NCBI RefSeq assembly: GCF_006345805.1
Contig: NW_021828092.1
Location: 1-35,567 of the forward strand
Source of the DNA: Octopus sinensis
Taxonomy: Eukaryota
Direction: 5' to 3'
DNA length: 35,567 nucleotides
Under the pieces are notes generated by a model. It saw only the letters and a program-made list of their open reading frames with translations, was not told where the DNA came from and did not search any database. Shown in pieces: positions 33,664 to 35,567 of the stretch. Positions within the stretch are counted from its first letter, which is position 1. The number at the start of each line of letters is the position of its first letter. Both the position numbers and the translations under genes were made by a program.

Positions 33664-34250
33664 TTTTTCTAGTTTCAGCTCAGAGCTGCGGCCATGCTGA
33701 TGCACCGCCGTTTTGTGCTACACTGTTATTGCGACGAACCTCGTCTAATATGTGGCACTTGGTGAAGAATGGAGTTTTGATACAGCTACTCTATTTGCAC
33801 CTCTTGCCGTGAGGTAGGTTCATCTGGGACTCTTGACAGGAAGATGTCCAGCTTTGATTTAAAAACCGCTACATCTACTTTGTGCAAGTTCCTCAGATTC
33901 TTTGGGAGAATATTAAAAAGCTGTGGGCCTGGAAACCCAGGCTGTTGCAGAAGCTGGTCCTGAGCGTGATGGCATTGCTGGGATCTTTGGCCACTATGCA
34001 GTGTCCTCCGTTCTAGCTGGTATTGTATAGCTTACAATGCCAAAAGAAAACTATGTCACTGTAAGTATGAATAGCTCAACTCCAATGCAAATTAGATATT
34101 GAATGTTTCATTTTACGTTCCTGCTTCCAGAACGCCATTGCTTTCTCTGAAACGGTGAGTCGTACTTCTCTTTTTACGAATGCTGAAGCTCATCTCAGAA
34201 ACTTTTCTGTAAAGTTTGCAGATAATTTCTGTTCTCCACTTAATCATTTG
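33664..34250 (-). mobile_element. CR1/L2-group LINE 3' end
   Basis: GPQLFNILPKNLRNL..FKSKLDIFLSRVPDEP..QNSILHQ, then 3' tail GGCGGTGCATCAGCATGGCCGCAGCTCTGAGCTGAAAC. Confidence 0.78.
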
Positions 34251-34287
34251 ATCTCTATCTACGACACACCCAGCAAGTAGGTTTACT

Positions 34288-34710
34288 TATATATATATAT
34301 ATGTATGTATGTGTGTGTGTGTGTGTGTGTGTGTACTGATGTACATTCATACATACCTACACATACCTATATATTTGTAATCTTCATTGATACATATATG
34401 CATTCATATATATTTATATATATATATAGATTTATATATATATATATATTCACACATATATTATTTATATATATTTATATATATATTCACACACATATAT
34501 TATATATATATATATATATATAATATATATATATATACTATACATGCATACAATATATATAAATATATATACATACATATATATATATATATATATACAT
34601 GTATATACAGACGTATACAATATATATATATATACATATATCATATACATACATACATACATATTTATACACACACCCAGAGGTATACATACATGCACAC
34701 GCACACATAT
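34288..34710. repeat. (TA)n/(CA)n microsatellite field
   Basis: Directly visible. Confidence 0.93.
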
Positions 34711-35207
34711 GCCTGTGTATGTGTGGATAGGAGTATGTTCTTAAATATGCGAAGATTTACGTATATGTTCAGATGTATAGATATCAAAAATACTCAGCCA
34801 CCACTGCACACTGTTCCAGTGAAATACAGTTATGCACATGCGCATATATACTCCCCGTTTCCTCCCTTACACGTAATTAGTTCTTCACATACGCATACAT
34901 AAGCATACGTCGATATAGACGCATACACACGCTCTTCACACATATATGTAAGTGTGTAAGTATATATGCGTGTATGTATATATTACAACGATTCACAAAG
35001 TTTATCTCTCTTCATTTGCACACGTGAATAATATACACATAAATAACATTGCAGTCATGCACCAATTCATTTGTATACATATATATGTATATATATTGAA
35101 ACAATATAATCCTACGCCAAAACTTTAATACGCATTTACACACACTTTTGTATATATAGCAGAAACACTTACACGCATGTGTGTGTGTGTATATATATAT
35201 ATATATA

Positions 35208-35252
<45 letters not shown>

Positions 35253-35305
35253 GAGAGAGAGAGAGAGAGAAAAATTCAGAGAAAGGTATACATATATATA
35301 TATAT

Positions 35306-35567
35306 ATGTGGTTAGGGCAGTGGTTAGGGCAGCGGACTCGAGGTCGTAGGATCGCGGTTTCTATTCTCAGACCGGGCGTTGTGAGTGTTTATTGAGTGAA
35401 AATACCTAAAAGCTCCACGAGCTCCGACAGGGGGTGGTGATCCCTGCTGTACTCTTTCACCACAACTTTCTCTCACTCGCTTAGCCAGTGGGTAGGCGTC
35501 CGAAAGCATTGTGACCACCGATGTGTAGCAACATCTGATGGTCTAGTCGGTCACGTGATCACGTGAT
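35306..35567 (+). mobile_element. SINE family C head with an alternative 3' tail
   Basis: Matches family C up to CTTTCTCTCACTC (~35478), then diverges and ends ...GGTCACGTGATCACGTGAT at the window edge. Confidence 0.75.

Noticed and set aside
1719-35395. Dozens of ORFs rich in YI, CV, HT, LSIY, poly-N/D/L/S
   Set aside because: These are translations of di-, tri- and tetranucleotide microsatellites, with no domain content.

Overview
Eukaryotic, AT-rich, microsatellite-saturated, almost entirely repetitive DNA. The repeat make-up suggests a coleoid cephalopod, most likely Octopus; this is my inference and is not verified. I can support no host protein-coding exon, rRNA gene, tRNA gene or CRISPR array, and most of the ORF track is microsatellite or SINE translation. 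Supported content: (i) a 2.45-kb 5'-truncated R4/Dong-clade LINE plus three smaller relics, all in or next to (TAA)n-type tracts; (ii) three tRNA-derived SINE families (here A, B, C), with family A forming nested and 184-bp tandem multimers; (iii) a ~540-bp non-tRNA element (family D), three times flanked by (TAA)n; (iv) decayed mariner DD34D, maT DD37D (split by a 141-bp MITE) and rosa DD41D transposons; (v) a decayed Penelope-like RT and a CR1/L2-type LINE 3' end that shares its tail with SINE B; (vi) several long inverted repeats. The most notable signal is seven minimal type-I hammerhead-ribozyme-like motifs of the Penelope-element type. Four sit at the outer ends of two ORF-less inverted-repeat elements. 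They carry non-canonical cores: a compensatory U3:A8 pair in one family and a recurring A6U in two others. All alignments were done by eye and boundaries marked ~ are approximate.
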